Source of the DNA: Bdellovibrionota bacterium
GTDB lineage: Bacteria; Bdellovibrionota_C; UBA2361; OMII01
DNA length: 18,919 nucleotides
Direction: 5' to 3'
Assembly: GCA_044345405.1 (NCBI GenBank)
Contig: JBIJBE010000056.1
Span: 1-18,919, forward strand
The notes under the pieces were generated by a model. That model was not told the origin of the DNA. It worked only from the letters and a program-made list of their open reading frames with translations, and did no database searches. Position numbers and translations under genes: made by a program. Shown piece after piece: positions 17,169 to 18,919 of this stretch (the first letter of the stretch is position 1; the number at the start of each line of letters is the position of its first letter).

Positions 17169-18692
17169 CTACGGATACACCACCGCGACAACGCTCCACT
17201 CGCGCAAGACACTTGGCGCGAGCCGACCAACCTCAACCCATCCAGATGGGAGCGCGCTCAGCGACGGCTCCTTCACCAAGTACACTCGCCGCGACTCCGG
17301 TTGAAGCTCAGAGATGGCCGAAAGAATAAGAAGGTCTGGCTTGAGCGTCTCTCGATAAATCCCTTCAACATTAAACCTACCTTTGCGCGGATTTGACCTC
17401 GCGCTGACGGCGCTCTCCACGACACCAAACTTCGTGTACTCACCCCGAAGCCGCTCCGTCAGGATATCAATTGGAAGTCTGCGTGTGTCTGTAACGACCT
17501 CTTGGATGTTTCTCGCGAGCGCGCGAGAGTACGCGCCAGCTGAGACGTAAAGCGTCACGAGGATCGCCAACGTGGCGATCGAGCGCACCATCTTTCGCGC
17601 AGATAAACGATCATACAGAGCGCTCGTTCCGAACACCGCGACCATACATACGAAGGGGAAAAACGGGGCGATATACCACGGAGTACGAGATGCCGAGAGG
17701 CTGTAGGCGACAACTGGAAGCGCGGACCAAACCAACGCGTATCGTGCCCACAGGTGTCGTCTCGCCGCCCAGACCGCGCCCACTACGCCTACCCACGCCA
17801 ACACCCGCGGCGCCGCGCCACCTCGTATGAATATATACCAAACGTAAAACCACCGACTGCCAGTGTTGTGCCCATCAAAGCCAGAGAACGCGCGGTCAAC
17901 GATCTCAACGCCAAGGAACATCCTCAGTCCTCGCATGCCGCCTACCTCCCAGACGGCGAAGACGTACCCCAAGAAAACAGCGAACGGCAGCGCGAACCAC
18001 AGCGCGCGCCTTGTAAAAAGCGCTCTCGGAGCGACAACTCCTATCGAGCAAACTGCGCATGCGAGCGGTATAAATCCGGCGACGCTCTTCGTAAGCACCG
18101 CAAGCGATGAAAGTATTCCGATAAGACAGAGGTCCCGTGATCGCGGGGACTCTCGATTCTCGATGGCGCGCCAAGCGGCCCACGCCGTTCCCAACGTCAG
18201 AACCGTTAACAATCCATCAAGCACGACTTTGCGGAATCCGTGTTGCGCGATAATCCACTCAGGCATCGCTAGCACAAGGAAACCAAGAGCGAGCGCCCCC
18301 GGAACGCTACGCGAAACTCTCCACGCAAGTAACACGGAGCCCAGCACCGCGAGGACACCGAAGAGTCCATCAAGCGCTCGAAAACTAAAGTCGCTCTCAC
18401 CAAGTATCCATGGGGCAAGTGCCCCTAGCCATAACTTCAGTGGTGGCTTTTCAAAGGTCGGAACATTGCCGTGCATGAGAGGAAAAAATGATCCCTCGTG
18501 CAGGACCCCTTGGCTGACCCTCACGTAGATAACCTCATCTGAAGAAATCGAGATTGAGTTCGCTCCGAGATTCCAGAACATGACAAAGAGTGTTAGCGCT
18601 AGCAGCGTGCTGGCGCCGACAGCGAGAAGAGCATCTCGGCCAAACGCTGAAAATTGAAATCTTCGATTATCAGGACACCAAAGGCGCTTCAT
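17169..18692 (-). CDS. ArnT-like / GT39 (PMT-family) polytopic membrane glycosyltransferase
   Basis: SDEVIY, FEKPPLKLWL, SFR..DGLFG, LAVLTKS and many TM helices. Likely start MKRLWC (ATG 18692) rather than 18872. Confidence 0.9.
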   Translation of the reverse strand: MKRLWCPDNRRFQFSAFGRDALLAVGASTLLALTLFVMFWNLGANSISISSDEVIYVRVSQGVLHEGSFFPLMHGNVPTFEKPPLKLWLGALAPWILGESDFSFRALDGLFGVLAVLGSVLLAWRVSRSVPGALALGFLVLAMPEWIIAQHGFRKVVLDGLLTVLTLGTAWAAWRAIENRESPRSRDLCLIGILSSLAVLTKSVAGFIPLACAVCSIGVVAPRALFTRRALWFALPFAVFLGYVFAVWEVGGMRGLRMFLGVEIVDRAFSGFDGHNTGSRWFYVWYIFIRGGAAPRVLAWVGVVGAVWAARRHLWARYALVWSALPVVAYSLSASRTPWYIAPFFPFVCMVAVFGTSALYDRLSARKMVRSIATLAILVTLYVSAGAYSRALARNIQEVVTDTRRLPIDILTERLRGEYTKFGVVESAVSARSNPRKGRFNVEGIYRETLKPDLLILSAISELQPESRRVYLVKEPSLSALPSGWVEVGRLAPSVLREWSVVAVVYP

Positions 18693-18919
18693 CGGGCAAC
18701 TACTGTAACAGATAACTTCGTATGGAAGTGTTCCACATGGCGGAGAAACAGACCTTATGCTACACAGCCAAATAGCCGAAATAAAGGGGAGTTGGCGCCC
18801 GCGCGGCCCTAAAGCCGTTAACTCAATGGAGCCTATCCAGCATGAAAGCACTTGGAATGATGAGCGGCACAAGCGTTGACGGATCGGTCAGCGGCGCGAT
18901 CATCTAAACAGATGGCGAT

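Noticed and set aside
17002-18528. Plus-strand ORFs including the 221-aa 17863-18528
   Set aside because: Antisense shadows of the glycosyltransferase or read-through of REP sequence. The same applies to small ORFs inside the subtilase, IS110, vWA and kinase genes.
18693-18872. Extended N-terminus of the glycosyltransferase
   Set aside because: TTG start and low-plausibility sequence; ATG 18692 precedes the first TM helix.

Overview
Bacterial DNA in two parts joined at an IS110 element. The left part (1-7556) is an accessory mosaic of genes for apparently secreted proteins carrying Pro/Thr linkers: an S8 subtilase, a frameshifted papain/transglutaminase-like Cys protease, a 5'-truncated thrombospondin-1 protein and a small Cys-rich protein. 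These are interleaved with two 5'-truncated IS91-family (rolling-circle, HUH/Y2) transposase remnants that the ORF track misses, one keeping an oriIS-like end. Six ~95-125 bp palindromic elements (one a lone arm) end in TGGTAC...GTAC(C/T)A, and several have short tandem duplications growing outward from that motif. An IS1111-type IS110 (7557-8998) follows, with a downstream bridge/seekRNA-like region whose guides can be partly read from the sequence; it decapitates a vWA membrane-protein gene. The right part looks more housekeeping-like: the vWA gene remnant, a hypothetical protein, a 1540-aa M48 peptidase-UbiB/ABC1 kinase fusion, a small hypothetical, a second REP family and an ArnT/GT39 glycosyltransferase. 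The best candidate for an undescribed system is the GTAC-palindrome/IS91-remnant-delimited array of secreted-protein genes. All calls come from reading by eye; no searches were run.
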